64,000 nucleotides of DNA from Candidatus Latescibacterota bacterium (GCA_965207885.1 OZ242311.1:3168001-3232000); one strand, 5' to 3'. Numbered from the stretch's first letter, positions 48,432-58,182 are shown. The notes: generated from the letters alone by a model not told the origin. Numbers and translations: made by a program.

Positions 48432-49103
48432 AAACAGCAATGCACGTACGCGCTGAAACAACACATTGATCATATCTTCTGTCAGGACGCCTGTATTCAT
48501 ATTGTAGCGACTAAAATGGTAGGTCGCTACGAGGATTTTATCGTCCAACCGGTACACGCCACCGTGCTGAAAACGATAGGCGTTTAGCCTCGTCACACGC
48601 CCTGCTGACCTCTCCAGCCTTATATAACTGTCAAACGCATCCCTGCCCATCGCCAGAACGATTTTTACGCGATGCAAGAACGTCATCTCCTGTGCCAGCC
48701 AGTCGAGACACGTGCGCTTCTCTTCGGACCTGGGGCGATTCTGAGGCGGAACACATTTGACTGCATTCGTGATATACACATTGTCCAGATGCAGGCCGTC
48801 ATGGAGGTCAACCGCTGTTTCCCGGTTGGCAAAACCGTGCCGAAAAAGCGCGCGGTACAGCACCTTCCCAGCGCCATCGCCTGTAAATGGTCTGCCTGTG
48901 CGGTTGGCTCCGTGTGCGCCGGGAGCCAGACCAATAATGAGCAATTGTGCGTTGATATCTCCAAAGCCCGGAACGGGTTTTGCCCAGTAATCGCAATCGC
49001 CAATTTTGCGATTTTCCGCCAACTCAAATGTGCGGCAATAATCGACCAGGCGTTTGCACAGGGTGCATTCTGCAATCTCTTTTTCGAGGACGCGCGTCTG
49101 CAT
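48423..49103 (-). CDS. Uracil-DNA glycosylase family 5 (UdgB-like, Fe-S)
   Basis: CTLCKRL, YWAKPVPGFGD, GLAPGAHGANRTGRPFTGD, TNAVKCVPPQNRP, YHFSRYN. Confidence 0.92.
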   Translation of the reverse strand: MQTRVLEKEIAECTLCKRLVDYCRTFELAENRKIGDCDYWAKPVPGFGDINAQLLIIGLAPGAHGANRTGRPFTGDGAGKVLYRALFRHGFANRETAVDLHDGLHLDNVYITNAVKCVPPQNRPRSEEKRTCLDWLAQEMTFLHRVKIVLAMGRDAFDSYIRLERSAGRVTRLNAYRFQHGGVYRLDDKILVATYHFSRYNMNTGVLTEDMINVLFQRVRALLFEV

Positions 49104-49196
49104 AGTAAATATAAAAGTGTTTGCAAATGGCTCTTATTCAAAAAAAAAAGGCGACCCTTAGCGGATCGCCTCACTGTAAAAACCACCACCTTGTAT

Positions 49197-49562
49197 TTAT
49201 CGACCAAAGTGAGGGTTGGCAATAGTCGGTTGCTGTGCTGCACGCGCCATTGCTTCATGCTCTTCATCCGTACAGGAACGATCCGTTGGAACCGAGGGAT
49301 CTGGGCCTCCGGGCTGGTACCCATTTTGGATTAACCAACCTTCTAACTCATCACCGCTGATATCGGCCAGCATCGTATCCCCAATCTGCACACAGGGCTG
49401 TAAGGGCTGCCCGCTCTTTATAACCATCTCGCGATAGTTGTCGGGATTGTTAATGATATCGCGGTCTTCGTACTCCAGCCCATATTTTGCCAGAACAGCG
49501 CGCACACCACCGCTCCAACCGCAAACTGGCTTTAAATAGGCGATGACTTTGGGATTAGCCAT
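49197..49562 (-). CDS. Monothiol glutaredoxin-like protein
   Basis: YLKPVCGWS active-site loop, SGQPLQPCV cis-Pro region; AGGAGG SD. Confidence 0.85.
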   Translation of the reverse strand: MANPKVIAYLKPVCGWSGGVRAVLAKYGLEYEDRDIINNPDNYREMVIKSGQPLQPCVQIGDTMLADISGDELEGWLIQNGYQPGGPDPSVPTDRSCTDEEHEAMARAAQQPTIANPHFGR

Positions 49563-49695
49563 TGAAAAACCTCCTGAAAAATGATACTACGGGTCTGATC
49601 TTGTTCTCTACTAATGTACAAAAAATCGCATATATGGCAAGGATTCTTATTGTCTATTCGTTTTTAAGAGTCCGCTGGCCTTTACTTCCCATCAA

Positions 49696-50642
49696 TCAAA
49701 ATCCCACACTTGGGACCCGACCTGTATCTAATTTGCGGCTCTTCCCCCATTTAATCGTCCCGGTTGTTTTGTCTAAAATGCCAACATTATACCACAAATC
49801 AATTCCATTGTAAGACTGGTGCATCTCTACGACAGTATTGTTTTTAATCGCTACGGTGGGCACTTTCCCCCTGCCGTAATTTACGCTTGTACCCCACACA
49901 ATCGTCCGCGTTTTTTTTTTACCGTTCCCACGCGATACCACAATTGCAAGTCATCATGCCCTTGATGAACTTCCACAACCGTATCGCCGTTGAGGTCACA
50001 CATGGGCAATCGTCCATTGTCGTATTTGTGGCTTTCCCCCCAATCAATCGTTCGCGTAGTCGGGTTTACAATACCAACATGGTACCACAAATTCGCTCCT
50101 TCATGGGATTGATGCACTTCGACGATAGTATTCAATTCTCCTTTGGAAAATCCAATACTCGGAAATTGCCCCCGATCAAATTTTCTGCTTGCACCCCAGT
50201 TGATAACCCGGGTTGAACGATCCAAAATTCCAACGTGATACCACAACTCTGTTCCATCGTGAGACTGGTGCATATCAACAACAATATTGCCCTGCATGGC
50301 GACAACCGGGCTTCTGCCCCTATCTTTGTAACTAACGCTACTTCCCCAGTTAATCGTCCGCGTTTTTTTCTCAATCGATCCAACGCGATACCACAGGGTC
50401 AAATCGCCCTGACCCTCGTGAACTTCTACAATCGTATCGCTGTTAAGGTCGCACATGGGCAATCGCCCATTGTCGTATTTGTGGTTCTCTCCCCAATCAA
50501 TCGCTGTTGAGTTTACAATGCCAACGCGATACCACAAATTCGTTCCAATATGAGATTGATGCACTTCAACGACGAGATCACCTGTGGATTCACTGGCTCC
50601 AATTAGAGATGTGATGGCAAAAATAAGAAGAAAACTTTTCAC
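49696..50642 (-). pseudogene. Secreted six-repeat (putative beta-propeller) protein interrupted by a frameshift in an A10 tract
   Basis: Signal peptide and six ~46-aa repeats VVEVHQ...LWYxVG...I.WG....D.G..P. ORFs 49881-50642 and 49696-49941 join if the tract at 49911-49920 is A11. Confidence 0.82.
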
Positions 50643-50645
50643 TTC

Positions 50646-50744
50646 TTACTTCCCACTTCTTCCTTCTCGACGGCGCGCTTTAAGGCGTTTTTTTCGCCTC
50701 TGTCGCCTTCGGCGAAGCTCTTTTCTGCGTTCACTACCCGCCAT
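50646..50744 (-). CDS. Small arginine-rich protein (32 aa), DUF6800-like
   Basis: MAGSERRKELRRRRQRRKKRLKARRREGRSGK*; AGGAAGG SD; fills the gap between two co-oriented genes. Not in the ORF track. Confidence 0.72.
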   Translation of the reverse strand: MAGSERRKELRRRRQRRKKRLKARRREGRSGK

Positions 50745-50753
50745 AAAACCTTC

Positions 50754-51341
50754 CTATTCATTACCAAAGCGAAAACCAATTGTGAATTGCAATGCACTAT
50801 CTTTTTCATCGTCGGCAATGATGAGTTTCATCTCGCCAAACCAGGCCAGCATCGGACTCAATTTGCGCTGATATCCCAATGGCAAGTTCAAGCTGATTTT
50901 GGTATCGTTTTGGGGGCCATCTACCGACTCTTCTACCGCTGACTCAGAATCTATAGCATCAGATGCTATTTGGGGGCGAAAGAAGTGGGTTCCAAAACCA
51001 CCACCGAAATAGGCTCGTCCGACTGGCGTTTGATGAAAAAAGTAAACGACATCCAGATTGACGGCATAAACGCGCAAATTCTCCTGTGCCGCGATATCCA
51101 GACCTGGAAGCAGATGAAATTTGGGCAACATAACAGATCCCAGATCGAGATTGCCCCCGATCATCCATCGGTGAGAGTCAAACTGCCCACCCATGCCGTA
51201 AAAGGTATCAAACTGAGGTTCGCGCGTCAGACTCACCCCCGCTTTGACATGCAACCCCAGGGCATCGGACATTTGAGGAACACACAGCACCATCAAAGCT
51301 GCCAGTCCCCAGGCAGCGAATATTGAAATCACTCGATTCAT
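50754..51341 (-). CDS. Outer-membrane beta-barrel protein (8-stranded type)
   Basis: Signal peptide, alternating beta-strands, AYFGGGFG, C-terminal FTIGFRF. Confidence 0.72.
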   Translation of the reverse strand: MNRVISIFAAWGLAALMVLCVPQMSDALGLHVKAGVSLTREPQFDTFYGMGGQFDSHRWMIGGNLDLGSVMLPKFHLLPGLDIAAQENLRVYAVNLDVVYFFHQTPVGRAYFGGGFGTHFFRPQIASDAIDSESAVEESVDGPQNDTKISLNLPLGYQRKLSPMLAWFGEMKLIIADDEKDSALQFTIGFRFGNE

Positions 51342-51396
51342 GTTACCCCCTTTCCTTTGGATTGGATTCATTGCGGTCTATTTAGATACGCACAAA

Positions 51397-53691
51397 TCAG
51401 CCTGTCCCATTTCCCCCATTTTTTGCCCACAATGCCTTGAGAACTTCGCCCGGTGACATGGGCAAAGTTGTCATTCTCACACCCACAGCATCGTAAATCG
51501 CATTTGCAACTGCAGCAGCAGGTGGAACAATTGGCACTTCTCCCACCCCTCGCACACCATAGGGGTGGCCGGGATTTGGCACTTCGACGATATGGGTTTC
51601 AATCATGGGCAAATCGAGACATGTGGGCATCCGATAATCGAGCAAACTCGCATTGGTCAAAAGTCCATCTCCATTATAGGCGTATTCTTCGTTGAGTGCC
51701 CAGCCAATGCCCTGTGCTGTGCCTCCTTGCATTTGTCCCTCGACATAACCGGGGTAAACAGCTTTGCCAGCATCTTGAATCATAGAGACGCGCAAAATCT
51801 CCACTTTGCCCGTTTCGGTATCGACCTCAATATCGACAATCATTACCGCAAAAGCCCCGCCCACGCCGGACGGATTTACGGTTGCCCTGCCCATAACGGG
51901 ACCACCGGTTTCGTCAAGCATTCCTGCCAACTCTTTGAACGATATGGTCTTAGAAGAATCAGATGAAGAAAATGTGCCATCGTCAAAAACCACATCATCC
52001 GTAGAGATCTCCCACAATTTTGCCGCGCGCTCAATCAACTGCTCCTTGATATCCAGGGCGCACTGATAAGCCGCCCACCCTGTAGCAAATGTCGTGCGAC
52101 TTCCCCCGGTCACATCTGTATCGCCGATAGAATCCGTATCAACGACCTGTGGCTTGACGTCTTCGGCCCGAATGCCGAGCACTTCGGCCAATTGCATCGC
52201 AATAGACGTTCGGGTTCCGCCAATATCCGTAGAACCCTCGACCAGACTGACCGTACCATCGGAATTTACACTGGCAGCGGCACTCGACTTCAACCCCACG
52301 TTGAACCAGAAACCCGAAGCAATCCCGCGCCCGCGATTTTTGCCGTTGACTTGCGTCGCGTAGTGCTCTGAAGAAAGGGCTGTTTTGACACACTCCTCGT
52401 TACCGATTCTCGGATAAACCGGCCCATCTGCGCGTCGCGTGCCTTCTCTGGCAGAATTTTTGAGCCTAAACTCAAGTGGATCAACATCCAATTGCTCGCA
52501 AATCTCGTCGATAATCGTTTCTGAAGCAAAAGCGGCATTGGTCGCACCGGGTGCCCTGTAGGCCATGGTCTGCGGTTTATTGACCAGCACCTCGTAACCG
52601 TCAATCAGCACATTGGGAATATTGTAGGGCGCGAAAATGCACATGGCCCCTGGCGCTGCCCAACTACCGGGGAAACCACCCGACTCATACGCCATATACG
52701 CATATGCGGCGACAATCTTACCCGCTTTATCAACCCCCATTTTGCACTTGATAAAAGAGCCAGCGGTCGGGCCAGTTGCCTGCAAAACTTCCGTGCGACT
52801 CATGACCATCTTGACGGGGCGTCCCGTCTTTCTCGACAGAACCGCGGCCAGAGGTTCGAGATAAATCCGAATTTTGCCCCCAAATCCACCGCCAATTTCC
52901 ATGGGCACGACTTTGACTTGTGAAACCGGCACATCCAATATCTGTGCAGTCTGTTCGCGCACGGTAAATGCGCCCTGCGTGCTGCACCACACTATGATCT
53001 GATCATCAGCACCCCACAAGGCCGTGGCATTTTGGGGTTCGATATACCCCTGGTGAACCGTCGCAGTATCAAATTCTCGCTCGATGACGAGTTCTGCCTC
53101 TGCAAATCCCTTCTCCACGTCGCCCAATTCGTGGCGAAAATGGGTACAAACATTGCTCTTTTGACCCGTATCTTCGCCCAGCGACTGCGTGGTCTGGTCC
53201 TCCAGAAGCAAAGGCGCGTCCTCTTTCATGGCTTCGTGGACAGTCAAAACAGGTTGCAACACCTCGTATTCGACATTGATCAAATCAACTGCTTCCTGTG
53301 CCGTATGAATATCTGTTGCCGCAACCGCAGCGACTGCATGGCCGTGATACAATACCTTGCCGTCGGCCAGCACATTTGCGCGCAGATGCTGAAGATTGGC
53401 AGCACCTTCACCGAGGTCTTCAATTTTGTCTTCTTGCAAAGGCAGGTCTTCAACGGTAATCACGGCTTTTACACCTGCAAGCGCTTCTGCCTTGCTCGTA
53501 TCTATCGATTTGATCCGCGCATGCGCATGGGGGCTGCGCAGAACTGCCCCATGCAACATGCCTGCCATATCGATATCTGCACCGTATTTTGCCCGACCAA
53601 CGACTTTATCGACGCCATCGTGCCGTATCGGACGGGTGCCAATAACTTTGTAATCCGTAATGCCCAGATAATCTTCTGTTTTTGTCGCCAT
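51397..53691 (-). CDS. Xanthine dehydrogenase/CoxL-family molybdopterin-binding subunit
   Basis: LRSPHAHARI, HQGYIEP, IGGGFGGK, AYRAPG, VEGQMQGG..QGIGWAL, RGVGE. Confidence 0.93.
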   Translation of the reverse strand: MATKTEDYLGITDYKVIGTRPIRHDGVDKVVGRAKYGADIDMAGMLHGAVLRSPHAHARIKSIDTSKAEALAGVKAVITVEDLPLQEDKIEDLGEGAANLQHLRANVLADGKVLYHGHAVAAVAATDIHTAQEAVDLINVEYEVLQPVLTVHEAMKEDAPLLLEDQTTQSLGEDTGQKSNVCTHFRHELGDVEKGFAEAELVIEREFDTATVHQGYIEPQNATALWGADDQIIVWCSTQGAFTVREQTAQILDVPVSQVKVVPMEIGGGFGGKIRIYLEPLAAVLSRKTGRPVKMVMSRTEVLQATGPTAGSFIKCKMGVDKAGKIVAAYAYMAYESGGFPGSWAAPGAMCIFAPYNIPNVLIDGYEVLVNKPQTMAYRAPGATNAAFASETIIDEICEQLDVDPLEFRLKNSAREGTRRADGPVYPRIGNEECVKTALSSEHYATQVNGKNRGRGIASGFWFNVGLKSSAAASVNSDGTVSLVEGSTDIGGTRTSIAMQLAEVLGIRAEDVKPQVVDTDSIGDTDVTGGSRTTFATGWAAYQCALDIKEQLIERAAKLWEISTDDVVFDDGTFSSSDSSKTISFKELAGMLDETGGPVMGRATVNPSGVGGAFAVMIVDIEVDTETGKVEILRVSMIQDAGKAVYPGYVEGQMQGGTAQGIGWALNEEYAYNGDGLLTNASLLDYRMPTCLDLPMIETHIVEVPNPGHPYGVRGVGEVPIVPPAAAVANAIYDAVGVRMTTLPMSPGEVLKALWAKNGGNGTG

Positions 53692-53706
53692 TATGGGATC
53701 ACCTCC

Positions 53707-54183
53707 CTATTCGGCCATTTCAGACGCGGCGTCTTGCACCGCGCGAACAATTTTGTCATACCCCGTGCAACGGCACAGATTCCCCGCTAAGTACAACCGA
53801 ATGCGTTCTTCTGAAGGATCAGACTCTTGATCGAGCAATGCCTTGGCAGCTACAATAAAGCCCGGCGTGCAAATGCCGCACTGAAGAGCTGCGTGTTCGA
53901 GGAATTTCTGCTGAAGAGGGTGTAAGCCATCGGCACTTGCAACGCCTTCAATCGTCGTGAGTTCCTGCCCTTCGGCTTCGACAGCCATCATCAGGCAGGA
54001 ATCGATAACCTCTCCATTGACCAGTATGCTACACGCGCCGCAGTTGCCATTGCTGCAACCCTCTTTCGTGCCCGTAAGATCGAGTTGATCCCGCAAAACT
54101 TCGAGAATTGTCTGCCGAGGTTCGCACAAAAACTCGGCCGATTCTCCGTTGATTGTCGTTGTAACGTGAACTTTTCCTGGCAT
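53707..54183 (-). CDS. (2Fe-2S)-binding subunit, CoxS/XdhC-like
   Basis: GTKEGCSNGNCGACS, QCGICTPG, GNLCRCTGY. Confidence 0.95.
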   Translation of the reverse strand: MPGKVHVTTTINGESAEFLCEPRQTILEVLRDQLDLTGTKEGCSNGNCGACSILVNGEVIDSCLMMAVEAEGQELTTIEGVASADGLHPLQQKFLEHAALQCGICTPGFIVAAKALLDQESDPSEERIRLYLAGNLCRCTGYDKIVRAVQDAASEMAE

Positions 54184-54187
54184 GCGA

Positions 54188-55063
54188 TTAAGACTCCTTT
54201 GCTCTCTGAATGGCTCCCTGAATGGCGCGGCGCGTCAAAACGCCGGACAGGTGAATCCGCTGTTCGATAGTTCCCCGCATATCGCTAATAGGCCTGGCTG
54301 CTGCGCGCGATGCCGCACACGCCGCTTCTATAGCGTCTTCGTCATCTACTGCTTTCCCCACGAGTGCTGCGCCCGCATCGGCAACGAGCAAGGGAGTGGG
54401 GGCAACAGCTCCAATTGACACCCGTGCCTCTTGAATAGTCGTTTTACCGCTGTCCAAAACCACAGAGGCCGCAGCATTGGCGACTGCGATATCCATTTCA
54501 TTGCGCGGAATAAATCGCAGGAAAAACGCCCCCGAATTGGCAGCTGGAGTTGGCACCTGAATAGAAATGAGAAACTCGCCAGATTGAAGAACACTTTGCC
54601 CCGGACCAGTAAAAAAATCCTCTGCTGCAACTTCTCGCGTGCCATTTGGTCCCGCAATACGGCATATGCCCCCCAAAACAATGACAGCAGGTGGGGTATC
54701 AGCTGCGGGCGAGGCATTGCAGAAATTGCCCCCAACAGATCCGCGATTTTGAATCTGAATAGAACCGATGAGCGAAGTACAATCCACAAGAGCGGGATAA
54801 CGGCTTGCGACAACATCGTAACCGTAAATTTTGGAACACGATGTTGCAGCGCCAATAGACAAACCGCTGTCCTCATCAAAACTCAACGCCGTTGCTTCGG
54901 GAATCTGCTTGAGATCGATCATCAAATCGATCTTGCGCCCCTCCTTCAACTGCGCGATCAAGTCCGTGCCACCCGCCAGAATGCCGACATTGCCATTTCC
55001 CGCGCCGAGCAGAGAAATAGCCTCATCTACAGACTGAGGTGCTTCATAATCAAATGCGTTCAA
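54188..55063 (-). CDS. FAD-binding subunit, CoxM-like
   Basis: LAGGTDL, QIQNRGSVGGNFCNASPAAD, GAVAPTPL, PISDMRGT; GAGGAGG SD and TTG start. Confidence 0.93.
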   Translation of the reverse strand: MNAFDYEAPQSVDEAISLLGAGNGNVGILAGGTDLIAQLKEGRKIDLMIDLKQIPEATALSFDEDSGLSIGAATSCSKIYGYDVVASRYPALVDCTSLIGSIQIQNRGSVGGNFCNASPAADTPPAVIVLGGICRIAGPNGTREVAAEDFFTGPGQSVLQSGEFLISIQVPTPAANSGAFFLRFIPRNEMDIAVANAAASVVLDSGKTTIQEARVSIGAVAPTPLLVADAGAALVGKAVDDEDAIEAACAASRAAARPISDMRGTIEQRIHLSGVLTRRAIQGAIQRAKES

Positions 55064-55154
55064 AATTTTCCTCCTCTTTATTAAAACCGACAGATTTTAT
55101 CTGCGTTCATTACCCATTCATCTGCGGATGCTTTTGAATTTTTCTGAGAAGTTA

Positions 55155-55183
55155 AGAATACAACCGGAGTTCCGGGCTGTCAA
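55155..55183 (-). promoter_or_regulatory. Putative sigma70 promoter of the molybdoenzyme operon
   Basis: TTGACA-17 nt-TATTCT on the minus strand; a second TTGACA lies near 55224-55229. Confidence 0.6.
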
Positions 55184-55232
55184 GCCTTTTGGCGGGAGAG
55201 AATTAACGCTCTGAAAATGGATGTGTCAACCA

Positions 55233-55302
55233 CAAAAAAGCGGGCTTCCGCAAGACACTCAATCTGGTGGGAGGGGACCAGACTGAACGCTTGCGGAAGC
55301 CC
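55233..55302 (-). terminator. Long terminator-like hairpin with a CCCCUCCC loop
   Basis: 13-bp perfect stem GGGCTTCCGCAAG/CTTGCGGAAGCCC, inner TCTGGT/ACCAGA stem, followed by GCTTTTTT. Confidence 0.7.
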
Positions 55303-55355
55303 AAGACCAACTATCAGACCTTATACTTCATTGCGATAAACGCCTGTGTGATACA

Positions 55356-56441
55356 TTAGTTCCCAATATAGCCCTTAAGAACGACATACCCATCTTTTTG
55401 AGCCACGACCTCCCCCTGCCCAAAAACCCTGCGAATGTGTTTCAAATACGCTCCTGGACGCATCACAACAAGCATCAAACGCCCCCCCGGTCTCAGTGCC
55501 CTAAAAGCACCCTCAATAAGGGGATGTGCCGCAGTATTGCCATCGTGAAAGGGCGGATTTGAAATAATAAGATCGAATTTCTCGCGTCGATCAAAAACGC
55601 GGGCATCTCCCACACGGGCTACCGCATTGCAAATTCGATTTCGCCTCAAATTTTCCTCCGCACAGGAAACAGCGCGAATATTCGAATCTACGAGTGTTGC
55701 GCTACCTTTTACAGATAGACGCGCAGCAACCATGCCAAGTGCGCCCCAGCCACACCCCCAGTCCAGTACATGGTCGGTGGGCCGAACTTCCATGCAGTTG
55801 ATTAGCAATCTCGTCCCGTTATCGAGTCCATCCCGTGAAAAAACACCTGCACGGGTTTCAACGCTGTATGGACTGCCCGGCAAATCGCGCAATTCAAATG
55901 TCATTCGATTATCAACAGGTGCTTGATGAGGACCATCCTGCTCCTTTTTCGCGCTGTAAACTTCCACTCTGCCCACGCGCCCTGCGCGTCTGCTATTGCC
56001 AAAAACCGCATGCAAATACGCGGCATAACTTCTAATGCCGCGATTTCGCTGGCCCGCCAGATAAAGCGCGCCACCCATTTCAAGCGTCTGAAAGCTCTGA
56101 TCAATCCATTCAAATACCTGACCTTTAGCAGATCTTTGTGCGGGTTTGTAAAATACGACATGCGCGTCGGAAATCACCTGCGCGGGCATTGCACTGAGCA
56201 CCCCCTCCACCCGAAGAGCTTCTGCCTTTTGCACAGCGCGAATATCCTCCCCCACAAAAGTCACTCGAGCACCTGTTTTCTGTAAGCATTCGAGACAGTC
56301 TCCCTCCCAGCCGAGATCCAAGACCTGAGTACTGGCCTGCAAATCTGCTGCTGCAACAAATGCCTCGCGTGCTTGTGTGTCTTTTGCTTTAATCACTTGT
56401 AAACCACTTTGCCACAATATAAAAGGAGGATTATATTCCAT
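55356..56441 (-). CDS. Class I SAM-dependent methyltransferase, RsmC/MTS family
   Basis: GVFSRDGLDNGTRLL, VLDWGCGWG, IISNPPFH; degenerate N-terminal duplicate domain. Confidence 0.88.
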   Translation of the reverse strand: MEYNPPFILWQSGLQVIKAKDTQAREAFVAAADLQASTQVLDLGWEGDCLECLQKTGARVTFVGEDIRAVQKAEALRVEGVLSAMPAQVISDAHVVFYKPAQRSAKGQVFEWIDQSFQTLEMGGALYLAGQRNRGIRSYAAYLHAVFGNSRRAGRVGRVEVYSAKKEQDGPHQAPVDNRMTFELRDLPGSPYSVETRAGVFSRDGLDNGTRLLINCMEVRPTDHVLDWGCGWGALGMVAARLSVKGSATLVDSNIRAVSCAEENLRRNRICNAVARVGDARVFDRREKFDLIISNPPFHDGNTAAHPLIEGAFRALRPGGRLMLVVMRPGAYLKHIRRVFGQGEVVAQKDGYVVLKGYIGN

Positions 56442-56468
56442 TTCTCTTCAAATGAAATAATCGAGCTA

Positions 56469-56906
56469 CTACTCCGCCCGCGCCTTAATAGCCGCATAGG
56501 AATTGGAATCATTGACATCGGTTTCGACAGGCAAATTGGAATCGCGCCATCCCACCACTACGAGAACGCCATTTTCGACTTTTCCACCAAAGCCACCCTG
56601 AACATTGGCGAGATTCGAATACCCCAACCGCGCCATCAAATCCGCGGCCATCTGGGAACGCATCCCGCTCTGACAGCCACAAAAAATGGGCTGTTCTTTA
56701 TCGGGTAGTATTTTTTGCACAACATTCAAAAAATCGGGATTTGGCACCATGCCTGCCGGGCCGGGAACTGCAATGGGGATATTGATAGCGCCTGGGGGAT
56801 GCCCCTGTGCAAATTCCATTTCTGTGCGCACATCGAGATAAACCGAATTTTTTGCCTCATCCATCGCGGCTTTTGCTTCTCCGGGTTCAAGCTGTTTAAC
56901 TGCCAT
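56469..56906 (-). CDS. Rhodanese-like domain protein
   Basis: YLDVRTEMEFAQGHPPGAINIP, CQSGMRS, NVQGGF. Confidence 0.92.
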   Translation of the reverse strand: MAVKQLEPGEAKAAMDEAKNSVYLDVRTEMEFAQGHPPGAINIPIAVPGPAGMVPNPDFLNVVQKILPDKEQPIFCGCQSGMRSQMAADLMARLGYSNLANVQGGFGGKVENGVLVVVGWRDSNLPVETDVNDSNSYAAIKARAE

Positions 56907-57090
56907 ATTAAACTCCAATATAGAGGTGATTACTTCTGGAATATATTGCTTACAAAATAAGCAAAATCATGGGTGGGGCAAGTCCTGAATCTCGTTTGGG
57001 CATTTACTGCGTTTCAGTTCTTTACTCTTGTCGCTGGATATATTACTTTGGGTTTCAATAATCAAAATAGTTTACAGGAGGACCATAGAG

Positions 57091-58113
57091 ATGGCCAAAG
57101 AAAACACACTGAGGGTCGCTGTTGCGGGTTGCCACCGCATGCTGTTGCGCGATTTGACCCATCACAATTTTGCCGCGGCTTTTCGAGCCATCCCGGAAAC
57201 TGAGATCGTTGGTGTATTCGATTACGGTGCGGAAACGCGAGCGGAATTTGTCACCTGCTGGCAGGACGTTTGGGGCGATATCCCAACCTTTGGTAACTAT
57301 GAACACATGCTCAAAGGAATCAAACCAGATGTAATCTGCATTGCCACGCGCCAGACCATGCACGCCGATCAAATCGAAGCCGCTGCCGCAGCAGGCGTTC
57401 GGGGTATTCTCTGCGACAAGCCTCTGGCTACAACTCTTGCGGAAATGGATCGCATTATATCTGCGTGTGCGGACATCCCTCTCTGCTTTGGTCTTGACCG
57501 GCGCTGGTCTCTCCCCTATCGCCACCTTCGCCGGGACATGAGCGATCTGATCGGAACCATCACGAGTCTCGTCGCTTATGGCCTGCCCAACACCATCAAT
57601 CACGGTTGTCATTGGTACGACGCCTTGCTGGGTCTATTGGGCGATCCCGAACCCTTATGGGTCAGCGGTCTGATTGACCACGGCGATTCGGACGATGAAC
57701 GCCGCAAACTCGACCCGCCTGCACGTGCTCAAATTGGTATGGACAATGGCGTTGTCGCCTACATTACAATGGATGGCGGCAAAGGCCCCAGTTTTCAAAT
57801 CACAGGAAAAAAAGGGCATCTATCCATCCTCTCTGACGCAACGCACGCCCATCTCTGCCAAGAAGATACTTACCAGTCCCTCAGTCTTCCCACAGACAAA
57901 GACCCGTGGCCGACGGGACCTGCGATGGTGCGCGATCTCGTGCAAGCTATTAAAACGGGTGGTCGCACGGCCTGTGACATCAATCATGTGCGCAGAGCCA
58001 CAGAGATCGGATTTGCCATCCACCATTCCTCAAAGCAAGGGGGTGCGAAAATCGCCCTGTCAGATGTGGATCGATCCCTACGAGTGGAATCATACCCCTG
58101 GGGAAATGAATAG
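57091..58113 (+). CDS. Gfo/Idh/MocA family oxidoreductase
   Basis: RVAVAGC, PDVICIAT...HA, ILCDKPLA, NHGCHWYD; AGGAGG SD. Confidence 0.88.
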   Translation: MAKENTLRVAVAGCHRMLLRDLTHHNFAAAFRAIPETEIVGVFDYGAETRAEFVTCWQDVWGDIPTFGNYEHMLKGIKPDVICIATRQTMHADQIEAAAAAGVRGILCDKPLATTLAEMDRIISACADIPLCFGLDRRWSLPYRHLRRDMSDLIGTITSLVAYGLPNTINHGCHWYDALLGLLGDPEPLWVSGLIDHGDSDDERRKLDPPARAQIGMDNGVVAYITMDGGKGPSFQITGKKGHLSILSDATHAHLCQEDTYQSLSLPTDKDPWPTGPAMVRDLVQAIKTGGRTACDINHVRRATEIGFAIHHSSKQGGAKIALSDVDRSLRVESYPWGNE

Positions 58114-58182
58114 CTATAAAATACTCTTGGATAAATATAGTTTTAATACACTTACACACTGCTCTTCCCAAAGGAGATCCCA

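Noticed and set aside
48672-49334. Overlapping 220-aa and 213-aa ORFs
   Set aside because: Alternative frames across the UDG gene, a terminator and the glutaredoxin gene.
51397-53691. Aerobic CO dehydrogenase (coxL)
   Set aside because: The active-site loop AYRAPG lacks the Cu-binding Cys motif AYxCSFR.
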